Shown piece by piece: positions 27,970-37,139 of a stretch of 56,261 nt of DNA (positions are counted from its first letter, which is position 1; every line of letters begins with the position of its first letter). The notes under the pieces were generated by a model, which saw nothing but the letters and a program-made list of their open reading frames with translations, had not been told where the DNA came from and ran no database searches. This DNA comes from a virus (taxonomy: Duplodnaviria > Caudoviricetes). Location: the IMG/VR virus record IMGVR_UViG_3300012953_006616, positions 1 to 56,261 of that record. The stretch is one strand, 5' to 3'. The position numbers and the translations under genes are program-made.

Positions 27970-28697
27970 TTAGACCCGCTGAATGCGGGCATAACTGATG
28001 ATTGATAATCATCCTTGAAGAAAGGCTGTGAGCTTCCCCATGATGTTTCTAAAAAAGATGTCTGTTTAGATCCTTTTGTTGTTTTGTTTCCCTTTTTGTA
28101 GGGTGTTTTCATGAAAGGTGTTTTTACAGTTTTCTTTTTAAACTTTGTCTTTGCTTGAGCGGTAATATCTTTAAAATCATATCCAGTTATATGCATGTCT
28201 GGGTTTTCAAACATAAGGTTAATTTCTGGATCCCATATTCTGCAATAGTACTGATCTTTCTTATTGAAGATCATCATAATTTGTGGGCAATTGATTCCAG
28301 CTTTAGAAGCCATTTCTATTTGTTCTTTAAATTGTTTTGTATCTTGACCGCTTGGATTTACGCCCATATTGTGATGAGAATGACACCATACAGTCATATT
28401 AGACATAATGTCATTTGTGTCATCGCCATGCTCTTTCTTAAGATCTTGGTAAAATTTGACCATCATTTCTGGTGATGTATCGACTTCAGCAGCACTACAG
28501 TATTGTTCTGGTATGTACATTTCATATATTTTATATATGATAATATCATTACTAACCATTCTGTTTACCCTGCAGAACCATTGAGCTTCTTGAGGGGCTA
28601 CGTCTACGACATGTTGTATTTTGCTTAGATCATAATGATCCATAACAAGAATTGGCTCTTTATTTAGAACCTTTAGATTACCTATTGGTTTTATCAT
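27960..28697 (-). CDS. JAB/MPN (JAMM) metallopeptidase
   Basis: E37...H106-S-H108-x7-S116-x2-D119 (WCHSHHNMGVNPSGQD), exact JAMM spacing. Confidence 0.9.
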   Translation of the reverse strand: MIKPIGNLKVLNKEPILVMDHYDLSKIQHVVDVAPQEAQWFCRVNRMVSNDIIIYKIYEMYIPEQYCSAAEVDTSPEMMVKFYQDLKKEHGDDTNDIMSNMTVWCHSHHNMGVNPSGQDTKQFKEQIEMASKAGINCPQIMMIFNKKDQYYCRIWDPEINLMFENPDMHITGYDFKDITAQAKTKFKKKTVKTPFMKTPYKKGNKTTKGSKQTSFLETSWGSSQPFFKDDYQSSVMPAFSGSKKK

Positions 28698-28716
28698 TTT
28701 TTCCTCTCAGAAAGAC

Positions 28717-28734
28717 GGGGGTCACAAGACCCCC
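28717..28734 (-). terminator. Hairpin between the E2-like and JAMM genes (weak terminator or processing site)
   Basis: GGGGGTC-TTGT-GACCCCC with a weak U tract. Confidence 0.45.
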
Positions 28735-28755
28735 AACTTTCTTCGGTTAGGTATT

Positions 28756-31401
28756 TTATTCAACTTCTGGCAAGCTTTGAGTTTCAAGCATATTATCCAA
28801 TTCAGTTCCTGTTAAATTTCCTTCTGTAGTACCAGCTTGTCTAACAGCCTCTATCAAAGCAGATATAGTCTCGCTATCTACAGGTTCTCTTAGATGAACT
28901 GCAGTTTGATTTTCAGATAAATTATTTACTATTGCAATTGTATCGTTTTGCCTGTTGCCTATAGTTGATATGTAGGAAGTATAATTTGGATTTCTTTCAG
29001 GTGGTATTTCTTGCCTTAAAGAAGGTAGGCCTCTTTCTTCTCTTGTATTTTCACATTGATCGCAATCACAATCTTCATCAAAGAAAGCTTCTTCTTCGAC
29101 TTCTTCTTGTGGTTCTTGTATTTGTTCTTCTTGTGGCTCTTCTGTAGCTATAGTTTCAAATGCTTCCACTATGGTTTCATTAATATCATCCATAGTTTCT
29201 TCATCTAAAACAAGATTTTTAGATTCATTAATCTTTAAAGAGAAATCGCCATCTAATTGGACATCAGCTAATTTCGGGAAATACTTATAATTTTTTCCCC
29301 ATTGATCTGATGAATTGGCAGAATTAATCCATGTCATTGCTGAGAAGATAGCCATCTTCGGATCATGTAATTCAAATGCTTTATAAATGCCGGGGGAAGC
29401 TTCGCCTAAGCAAGCGTTTACCCAGCTTCTATTAATCATATTCTTCCATGCTTGATAAGATTCAGGCATGCTTTGAGCAGGTGTATGTGGGTGCCACCAT
29501 AATGATCCATTGTTCATACCAAAGCAACCACGAGTATCTGCCAATACTATTGATAGAGAGCTACGTTTAACTTTGACTTTGTATGGGCCACCTACAATTT
29601 TTCTACAATTTTCCCCATCTGTATTGTAATCAACTTTGATTATTGATGGCTTCTTTGTGAAGAATGAAACTTCTTGTAATTGATATTCATTATTAGTTTG
29701 AGTTTTACACAAGAAGGGAAGCTTTGGATTGCTTTTGATTGATAAAGTTGTGCCGGTATTATTGTCAAGATATAATATGTCTTCAATAATAATCCCGGTT
29801 TTCTCAAGGTTTTGTATCCATTCTTGTGAAGATTCAAAAGCACCATCAAGTTCGCAAGAGAAATTATCTATATAATTTTTATAAATATCTTTTGCTTCTC
29901 TATGTTCTTTACTCATAGATTGTATTGCGGAAGTATAGCCTTCTATAATTGATTCGCTTTGCTCAAGGCTTATTTTTGTTTTTAATATATTTGATTTATA
30001 TTCTTCTTCTTGTGTCTTTATTCTTTGAAGTTCTCTTTCCCAATACTGCATATCGTTTGCATATGTAGTCTTTTCTCTTAATGATGTATTTAATTTTTCA
30101 TTTATATCATCAAAAGCTTTGCTAATATTTTGGTAGCCAGCTACTTCTTGTGAAGTATCAAGGTTCGCAAGAACTGAATAGTATTGAAAATCTTTTGGAG
30201 CTACGAGAGTGTTGTAATCATCCCTACTCTCCATTGTGACAGGTTCGTGTTCTGCTTGTATGTCTTCAATTATTTTTGTAATGCCATCCCAATATACAGT
30301 ATGGCTTCCATATCTTTCTTTCATTTCTCTTTGATATTGTTCTGGTTTGAAATATTTCTTACCATCACCAGCGGAAAATTGATATAATAAATCAGCATAA
30401 AATGCTCTACTTCTTTTATACTTTAAGGAAGCATCTACGCTCTGAAAAGTTGCTAAAGTTAGTATTTTTACTGTTTGCCAAGTAAGATCTTCCTGATTTA
30501 GTACTGTATATTCTGATATTATAGGAAATATAGATCTTCCAGAAATTAATTGATTGGCTCTTTGTGATACTTGGGCTACGGATACAGTTCCATCACCACC
30601 TCTATAAAGATTTTCTAATTTTAATGTCTTTATGCGAGTTGTTGGGCCAAGTTTTTCTTCTATTGATTGAGCTATAATATCTTTTTGAGGAAGAGATCCA
30701 AGCATAGAAAACATATTAAATTTTCCAACAGGAAAAGGAGAGTTTAACCAACCTTTAAATTTGGGTCTTCTAGCATTCTGAGATTCTCTTGCTCGAATAT
30801 CTCTGATTATACTGACATCAATGAAGCTTGTATCTTGATTTATAACTTCTCTTTGTATTTCTTCGGTCTCTCCGATTTCATTTACAAGAGAGTGAGTTTG
30901 CATTGGGTTTGATATATATGGAACGTTATCTATGTTAAGATAGCCGTCCTCGTCTTTCTCTATGAAATAATCTAATATAGCTTTTCCATAAGGAGAATGT
31001 ATTGCTTCTAAATGTCGTTCAGCATCTCCTTCTTCGAGGAAAGACGCAGTATACTGATGGCAAGATACGGGCATAATCGCCTGATTATTTTCCATCGTAT
31101 GATTCCAAGCATCATTATTTCTTCCATACCTATACATGTAGGTTCTAAACTCAGAAACATTTGCTCTAATAAACAAAATGTTTTGGTTTGTAGTATTAAA
31201 GGCATGGGTATTAGGTTGGTCTCTAGGACCATTCAAATATAGATTGTAACTTGTTTCAAAGCACCAACCTTGATAAAAATTTTCTTTAAGAAAATCAATA
31301 TCAGTATAATTATTTAGATATTGAGAACCCATAGATACTAAATGTATTTGTTGGTTTGGGTCCTCAAGCCCGTCTCTAGAGGGCTGATTTATGATGTACA
31401 T
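28756..31401 (-). CDS. 881-aa protein: unknown N-terminal region, coiled coil, putative prokaryotic E2 (UBC-like) domain, acidic tail
   Basis: H637-P-H ... C664-L-G followed by helices (WWHPHT..VNACLGEASPGIYKAF); heptad-like segment around aa 430-510; context next to JAMM/E1/Ubl. Confidence 0.65.
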   Translation of the reverse strand: MYIINQPSRDGLEDPNQQIHLVSMGSQYLNNYTDIDFLKENFYQGWCFETSYNLYLNGPRDQPNTHAFNTTNQNILFIRANVSEFRTYMYRYGRNNDAWNHTMENNQAIMPVSCHQYTASFLEEGDAERHLEAIHSPYGKAILDYFIEKDEDGYLNIDNVPYISNPMQTHSLVNEIGETEEIQREVINQDTSFIDVSIIRDIRARESQNARRPKFKGWLNSPFPVGKFNMFSMLGSLPQKDIIAQSIEEKLGPTTRIKTLKLENLYRGGDGTVSVAQVSQRANQLISGRSIFPIISEYTVLNQEDLTWQTVKILTLATFQSVDASLKYKRSRAFYADLLYQFSAGDGKKYFKPEQYQREMKERYGSHTVYWDGITKIIEDIQAEHEPVTMESRDDYNTLVAPKDFQYYSVLANLDTSQEVAGYQNISKAFDDINEKLNTSLREKTTYANDMQYWERELQRIKTQEEEYKSNILKTKISLEQSESIIEGYTSAIQSMSKEHREAKDIYKNYIDNFSCELDGAFESSQEWIQNLEKTGIIIEDILYLDNNTGTTLSIKSNPKLPFLCKTQTNNEYQLQEVSFFTKKPSIIKVDYNTDGENCRKIVGGPYKVKVKRSSLSIVLADTRGCFGMNNGSLWWHPHTPAQSMPESYQAWKNMINRSWVNACLGEASPGIYKAFELHDPKMAIFSAMTWINSANSSDQWGKNYKYFPKLADVQLDGDFSLKINESKNLVLDEETMDDINETIVEAFETIATEEPQEEQIQEPQEEVEEEAFFDEDCDCDQCENTREERGLPSLRQEIPPERNPNYTSYISTIGNRQNDTIAIVNNLSENQTAVHLREPVDSETISALIEAVRQAGTTEGNLTGTELDNMLETQSLPEVE

Positions 31402-31452
31402 GTTTCCTCTATTGTTGTAGGTTAGTCATCATATTGAAGTAGCGCGCACGCG

Positions 31453-31689
31453 CTACTCTTCTTTCTGAAGAGGTTTGGATCGATTTAACAAGTCTTCAAG
31501 AATTAAGATTCTTAATCTTTTATGTTCTTCAGATAATTTAAATATTGGAACATATCCCACCTCATAGGAAAATGCTTCAGCGCCACATTCTATACAATAA
31601 GTAGGATTATTTAACAACTCTGTTGTTAATTCTGTATGTGCGCAGTGGTCGTCTGTACAGTGAGTTGTATGTGTAAACTTTTTAGTCAT
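31453..31689 (-). CDS. Small His/Cys-rich protein
   Basis: HCTDDHC and CIECG. Confidence 0.55.
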   Translation of the reverse strand: MTKKFTHTTHCTDDHCAHTELTTELLNNPTYCIECGAEAFSYEVGYVPIFKLSEEHKRLRILILEDLLNRSKPLQKEE

Positions 31690-31759
31690 GCTGTATTTCC
31701 TTCCACAAGATGTTGTAAGCTATAATTAGTATTGTACTATAGTTATAAGAGGTTTTGTT

Positions 31760-32473
31760 ATGAGATTAAGAAATAGTGTTTTTGTGTTTTTATCTTTACT
31801 TGTTTGCAGTTTCTTTTCTACAATTATTTTTGGAAAAGAAATCATACCCATTGCTGTAGCTGAAGCAGCTGCAAATCCTTATCAATTAGCCAAAGGTCAT
31901 AGTGTATCTATAAATATTGATACCCCATGGGGCGGCAGGAGTACTATAGGTAGTGGAACCTTGGTTAGGACTAGCAATATGGGTTTAATTATATTAACTG
32001 CAGAACATGTTGCTTTAGCTGTGCCATTTCCAATGGTAGCTTGCTCTATGAACGATGAAGATGATTGTGTAGAACTTGGTATGAATCCAGTAGTAGATAT
32101 TGATAATTCAATTGTTACTGACTGGGCAATTTATCAATTAGATGATAATCCTTTTTATTCTGTTAGTCCAGCTAGAATAAATAGTAGAGGACTAGAGCTT
32201 GGGGATACTACATATATGGCTGGAATGCCGTTTGGCTTAGGGCCATGGATGAGCGAAGGGAGCATTGCTAACATACACGGGAGCGGTATTGATGGTGAGT
32301 CTCTGTATATGATGAATGGTTTCGCTCACAGTGGATTCAGTGGAGGCGGAGTGTTTGATAAACGAGGCCGACTTCACGGAATAACTGTTGCCATAGCTAC
32401 AAGCGAATGGGGACCGCAAGAAAATCAAATTTATGCAGTCCCCATTCATAATATTGGTATTCTTAATCTATGA
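31760..32473 (+). CDS. Trypsin-like serine protease with N-terminal signal/TM
   Basis: GSG, LTAEHV, DWAI, GFSGGG. Confidence 0.88.
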   Translation: MRLRNSVFVFLSLLVCSFFSTIIFGKEIIPIAVAEAAANPYQLAKGHSVSINIDTPWGGRSTIGSGTLVRTSNMGLIILTAEHVALAVPFPMVACSMNDEDDCVELGMNPVVDIDNSIVTDWAIYQLDDNPFYSVSPARINSRGLELGDTTYMAGMPFGLGPWMSEGSIANIHGSGIDGESLYMMNGFAHSGFSGGGVFDKRGRLHGITVAIATSEWGPQENQIYAVPIHNIGILNL

Positions 32474-32655
32474 TTAGCGTACCGGAGTGCTATCACCCCA
32501 AAGTGCAGCCTGTCGAACTACAGTGTAGCTCTTTGTAGAGCTGGTAGAAAGCTGACGCTTCATAGCTCTTGCTTCGTCACGGCTTGTAAACCAGATAGTC
32601 ATTGGCTTTCCGTTTGCAGTTAGGCCGTAGCGGTACTTGAAGTTACTGATTTGCA
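32474..32655 (-). CDS. Small basic protein (start approximate)
   Basis: MQISNFKYRYG behind AGGAG; track start at 32728 overlaps the upstream gene. Confidence 0.55.
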
Positions 32656-32666
32656 TTATTATTCTC

Positions 32667-33545
32667 CTAAAATGGTATTTCGTTTGTTGTGTTATTTGAA
32701 ATGGGCGGCAATGCAATTTCCGGCCCATTTATTAATCCTATCTTATCCATCGACTGATTATAACTTGGACTTTCCAAGATAATATCTCCAATTTCTTTCC
32801 ATACATTATTATTAATTTTTACTATTTGTTCCATACGATTGTAAGGATAGTAATCGTTTCCTACTACGCAGTAAGAAACATTTTTTTCAGCTATTATATT
32901 GGGATATTTATGATATATTTTTAATAGTAAATTAATACTATTTCTAGAAAGAAAATATTCCCATCGTTTACAATATTTTTTAAATCTAGCAATTTGAATT
33001 ACAATATTTGATATATTTCCATCTTTTATATTATTAAGCATCCAAGGATTTAATATTTCTAATTTTCTTTCATTATGAAAAGCAGGAGCTTTTCTATGTA
33101 TGTATATAGATTTACTTAAGGGCTTGTATCCTACTGCACAATTAATAAAATCAAAAGACTCCAATATCGGGGAAGGGCTTCCCATAACTTTTTTAATAAA
33201 TTGGAGGTTTATTTGTTTGTTAAGATATTGGCATGAAATAGATACAGCGTTATCAGTTTCATAAATTGAATTAATCAAATGTATTTTTTTTGTTTCTTCA
33301 AGACATTTATTTAATGCATAGCTATCATTAAAATATATATCATAATCATGATAATAGCCTCGTTTTATTTTTGTATTACTTCTATTTCTTGGAGCAAAAA
33401 ATAAAGCCATTGGATAACCCCCAGCAAATAGGGGGTCATATTTTGTAAGATGAGCTAATTCTAAATAGTTATCGTGGACATCTATAATGTTGTCCCGATG
33501 AGGTATATTAATATCTCCATCTATAGAGATATATATGTTAGACAT
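32667..33545 (-). CDS. Nucleotidyltransferase (pol-beta superfamily, PAP/CCA head-like)
   Basis: FAGG..DYDIYF, QFIK, FDFINC. Confidence 0.7.
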   Translation of the reverse strand: MSNIYISIDGDINIPHRDNIIDVHDNYLELAHLTKYDPLFAGGYPMALFFAPRNRSNTKIKRGYYHDYDIYFNDSYALNKCLEETKKIHLINSIYETDNAVSISCQYLNKQINLQFIKKVMGSPSPILESFDFINCAVGYKPLSKSIYIHRKAPAFHNERKLEILNPWMLNNIKDGNISNIVIQIARFKKYCKRWEYFLSRNSINLLLKIYHKYPNIIAEKNVSYCVVGNDYYPYNRMEQIVKINNNVWKEIGDIILESPSYNQSMDKIGLINGPEIALPPISNNTTNEIPF

Positions 33546-33546
33546 T

Positions 33547-35262
33547 TTAGAATCCTATTGGGCTGTCTGGCTCCTGTAATACGTTGGAATCTATTATGAA
33601 TTTTTCATCAATTAAACAGCGAGATTCTTCATAAAGGAAAATCTTTGTAGCTGCTTTTCTAAGTAATTTCTTAACTATTCTTTCTATAGTTCTGACACCT
33701 TGGGTGTCTGCAAGAAGTTTTATAGCTGACTCATCAAATGATAAATTCATTTCTTCTAATTTATAATCTTTTATATTATTAGGTATTAAAAAGTTTCTAA
33801 GTATTTCTTCTCTTTCGTCTCTTGTATAATCTCTAAACGTTATTATTTCTAGCCTATCTAATAAGGCAGGTGGTATTCTGTCTTCATAATTTGCAGTACA
33901 TATAAATAAAGCTTTAGATAAATCTGTTTCTACTTCTAAGTATCTATCTATAAATTCTGAATTTTGTTCTGGATCTAGAACTTCTAAGAGAGCTGACATG
34001 GGGTCTCCTCTCTTGGTATCTATCTTATCGACTTCGTCGAATAAAAATAATGGATCCATTGTTCTTGCGTTTTTAAGCCCTGCTATTATACGGCCTGGCC
34101 TTGACGCAACATAAGTTCTTCTGTGTCCTCTGAGTTCTGATTCATCTGACATTCCTCCCATTGCAATTTTAATAATTTCCCTATTGCAAGATTTAGCAAT
34201 TTGTTTTGCAATACTGGTTTTACCAGTTCCTGGAGGGCCGACAAAACATAGAACAGTTCCCTTTGGTTCTTTTGTAATTTTTTCTATCACAAGGTATTCG
34301 AGAATATGTTCTTTGACATCATCAAGCCCATAGTGAGTTGAATTTAATAATTTTAAAAATTCTTTAAGATCTAAATCTTTATAAGAATGCAATCCCCAAG
34401 GGACTTCACTCAGCCAGTTTATATATTCATATAAAGCTTGATATTCTAGAGATGAAGGAGGGAGCGATTTCAATCTCTCCATTTCTCTTTCTATTTTTTC
34501 TAGAACATGAGGAGGTGGCTTAACTAAAGAAAGATTTTCTTCTATTTTAGAGTTTCTAGATGGTGGTTCAGCTTGCGTTAAACCAAGCTGATCAAATGGT
34601 ATAAAAGCTGTTCTCTTTGTATGTCTTTTTGATTCAACTACTTGAATTAAAGTTTTTACAACTAAAGAGAATCTTTCAAGATTATTTTCAGATTGTAAAT
34701 ATTTATATCTTTCTTTTTCAGATATTGGCAAAGATGCAGCAAGAATATTAGACATTCTAATTGGGTTTTTAGATTTTATAACCCTGTCTTTTATTCTTTC
34801 AGATATTGTTGTCTGCCCAGTGACAATAACTCTTATTAAAGATTTTAAGTCTTCTGTTAATTCTTTTTCTCCTGGGAGAAGCTTATCCCATATTATCTGA
34901 AGATCTGTTTCAAGACCTATTTCATCAGAAATAGTAAGATCTTCTAATTTGGTTCTAGCAAGTATTTTACAGATGACAGTTGATTCAAATGCTGTATCTT
35001 CTACAGAAATTAGTTCACACAGAACCCCTATTGGTGCAACTGTGTTCGCTAATTCATTTTCATTTGAAAGTATAGATAGAGTAAAACTATCTTGTACTGT
35101 AACTCCTATTATAAAGGCTCTTTCTAATACTGTATTTCCTATTGATATTGCTTCCGTATTAAATAATTTTTGTTTTTCACCATCAATTGTGAATGAATAT
35201 TTTGTATTCGGTATAGGAACGCCTTGATCTATAGATATTACTTGTACTGGTAATTTTTTCAT
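33547..35262 (-). CDS. Lon-type AAA+ ATPase lacking the protease domain
   Basis: HYGLDDVKEHILEY, GPPGTGKTS, GHRRTY, DEVDK, GDPMSALLEVLDPEQN, LLDRLE, GVR; stops at 571 aa with SPIGF. Confidence 0.92.
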   Translation of the reverse strand: MKKLPVQVISIDQGVPIPNTKYSFTIDGEKQKLFNTEAISIGNTVLERAFIIGVTVQDSFTLSILSNENELANTVAPIGVLCELISVEDTAFESTVICKILARTKLEDLTISDEIGLETDLQIIWDKLLPGEKELTEDLKSLIRVIVTGQTTISERIKDRVIKSKNPIRMSNILAASLPISEKERYKYLQSENNLERFSLVVKTLIQVVESKRHTKRTAFIPFDQLGLTQAEPPSRNSKIEENLSLVKPPPHVLEKIEREMERLKSLPPSSLEYQALYEYINWLSEVPWGLHSYKDLDLKEFLKLLNSTHYGLDDVKEHILEYLVIEKITKEPKGTVLCFVGPPGTGKTSIAKQIAKSCNREIIKIAMGGMSDESELRGHRRTYVASRPGRIIAGLKNARTMDPLFLFDEVDKIDTKRGDPMSALLEVLDPEQNSEFIDRYLEVETDLSKALFICTANYEDRIPPALLDRLEIITFRDYTRDEREEILRNFLIPNNIKDYKLEEMNLSFDESAIKLLADTQGVRTIERIVKKLLRKAATKIFLYEESRCLIDEKFIIDSNVLQEPDSPIGF

Positions 35263-35333
35263 TTACAATCTCCAGGTGTGCAAGGGGGCACAACAATTAT
35301 ATTGTACCCCCTCAACATAGCTTCTAACAAGTG

Positions 35334-35666
35334 TTAGTGAACAGTGCTATCACCTGGCGGTGATATAGATATTACATTTGTATCAAGGTTTTCTGAATCA
35401 GTTTGCGTACCATTATATGGTTGATAACTATTAACCCCGTTTCCAAGGTATGTTTCAGTATTTTCAGTTTCTTGATCTGCTGAATTTAAATTTTGATTGT
35501 AAAATTTATAAGGGGCACTGCAGGTAACTGTTTCTACTTCTATGTTATCGTAACCGTCTTGAAAAGCCATACCTGTAGCTATATCTTCTGCGGCTTCTTC
35601 TGATGCTGCATTGACGGTATATGTTATATTTGTTGAACTATAAAGTTCTACTGTGTATTGAGGCAT
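35334..35666 (-). CDS. Hypothetical protein
   Basis: AAGGA SD; acidic. Confidence 0.65.
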   Translation of the reverse strand: MPQYTVELYSSTNITYTVNAASEEAAEDIATGMAFQDGYDNIEVETVTCSAPYKFYNQNLNSADQETENTETYLGNGVNSYQPYNGTQTDSENLDTNVISISPPGDSTVH

Positions 35667-35675
35667 ATTATTTCC

Positions 35676-35933
35676 TTATTGTAAGTGCTGTAGTAAAGAT
35701 AGAGTCATCTTTTCTAGTTCATTTTCAAGTGATTTTATTTTATTAGTTTTAATATTATTATCTTCTTGTATTAAAATTAATCTTTGTTCCAATTCAGATA
35801 TCGGAAACTTTTTAAATTTTAAATAATGTGAAGCATAATAAAATAAAGTTTTTAATACACTAGCTACTGTAAAAATGCCTATGAAACACAATAGATATAC
35901 TATGGTTTCAGGAATTATCACTTGATTCCTCAT
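35676..35933 (-). CDS. Small TM + coiled-coil protein
   Basis: Hydrophobic N-terminus. Confidence 0.6.
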   Translation of the reverse strand: MRNQVIIPETIVYLLCFIGIFTVASVLKTLFYYASHYLKFKKFPISELEQRLILIQEDNNIKTNKIKSLENELEKMTLSLLQHLQ

Positions 35934-36150
35934 TGGAAGTATTAAGTACTTCTTCTCTAGGTTTATTTTTTCTTAATTTTGTTTTAAGTTTTTTTTCTAA
36001 ATTATTAATTTTTTCATCTGCATTTTTTAAAAGATTTTTTAATTTAGAATTTTGTTGTTTAATTTTTTTAAGCTCTTTAGTACGTGAAGCTAAGCGACTA
36101 CGCATAGCTTGCACAACGTCTGCTTGGTGTAGGTCATCCAGCAGTGACAT
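35908..36150 (-). CDS. Small coiled-coil protein
   Basis: AGGAG SD. Confidence 0.6.
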   Translation of the reverse strand: MSLLDDLHQADVVQAMRSRLASRTKELKKIKQQNSKLKNLLKNADEKINNLEKKLKTKLRKNKPREEVLNTSNEESSDNS

Positions 36151-36391
36151 TTTTCACTCCTATTAAATCTTTTTTAGCTATCCATATTACTATAGATTCG
36201 TTATCGCAAACACATAGGTGAGCGATTAAAGCTGAACCTTCATCTTTGAAAGATTCCCCAGATACATAAGGCAATCTAGTAAGAAGAGTTTCGGGTTTTA
36301 TTGTTATTGTTTTATCTTTGTGTGGATAAAAGAAGCCTTTGTGACCAGTCTTGCTCAAAAAAGCTTCTGTAGGTTTTATTACTTTTATCAT
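36134..36391 (-). CDS. Hypothetical protein
   Basis: Coupled ORF. Confidence 0.55.
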   Translation of the reverse strand: MIKVIKPTEAFLSKTGHKGFFYPHKDKTITIKPETLLTRLPYVSGESFKDEGSALIAHLCVCDNESIVIWIAKKDLIGVKNVTAG

Positions 36392-36764
36392 TAGCTAGGC
36401 ATCTCCATGTCTGTTCGTTTGTACTATAATATATGTTTTTCCTTTTAATGCCTGCTTCGATCAGTGAAGCTTCACAATGTTGGCAAGGCTTGCTTAAGCC
36501 TAAAGTACCATCTTTTCTTATTCTCATAACATATATTTTTGTTTTTTTTCTTTTAGTTTTTGGAATTTTTTTTAAAACATGAGTTTCAGCATGATAACCA
36601 GCGAGAAGAACGTTATCTTTAATTCTTAAAATACTGGGATTTGTTTTAGAATTATTCCACCCTATATATTTTTGTTTATCAACTATTGCTATTGCAAAGT
36701 GTCTTTGCCCTCCTGGAGGATCTATATATATTTGAGGATGATTTAAAAGTTTATAGTAGAGGTT
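36312..36764 (-). CDS. Cytidine/dCMP deaminase-family protein with an out-of-frame start
   Basis: Frame open 36764-36312: ..HFAIA..IGWN..GYHAETH..SKPCQHC; the ORF track captured only the part after HAE. Confidence 0.8.
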   Translation of the reverse strand, partial: NLYYKLLNHPQIYIDPPGGQRHFAIAIVDKQKYIGWNNSKTNPSILRIKDNVLLAGYHAETHVLKKIPKTKRKKTKIYVMRIRKDGTLGLSKPCQHCEASLIEAGIKRKNIYYSTNEQTWRCLANDKSNKTYRSFFEQDWSQRLLLSTQR

Positions 36765-36785
36765 TCATTTTTTCCTTTAATGATT

Positions 36786-37079
36786 TTAATGAATCCATTC
36801 ATCATCAACAACCATATCTATATTTTTTTCTATATAGTAATTTAAAAGTTTATTTAATATTTCTTTTTGTGAATCATAGTATTTTATAATAATATTTTTA
36901 TTTATATCATAAATTAATTCATTCACTGTAAGCGATTTGCTTGCTGATACTACTTTTATATATTCAGATATATTTAATAAAGCATCATCAAGTTTTTCAT
37001 CAGACCATTCGAAAGCTTCTAAAGCTTCTGTTTGGATACTGACATTCGATAATAAATCTGCTATAAAGTTATAAGACAT
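36786..37079 (-). CDS. Hypothetical protein
   Basis: AGGAG SD. Confidence 0.65.
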   Translation of the reverse strand: MSYNFIADLLSNVSIQTEALEAFEWSDEKLDDALLNISEYIKVVSASKSLTVNELIYDINKNIIIKYYDSQKEILNKLLNYYIEKNIDMVVDDEWIH

Positions 37080-37139
37080 TGTAAAGCTCCTACTTATGTA
37101 TAATTATACATAATTAACGTATAGTTTACCAATTTATTG

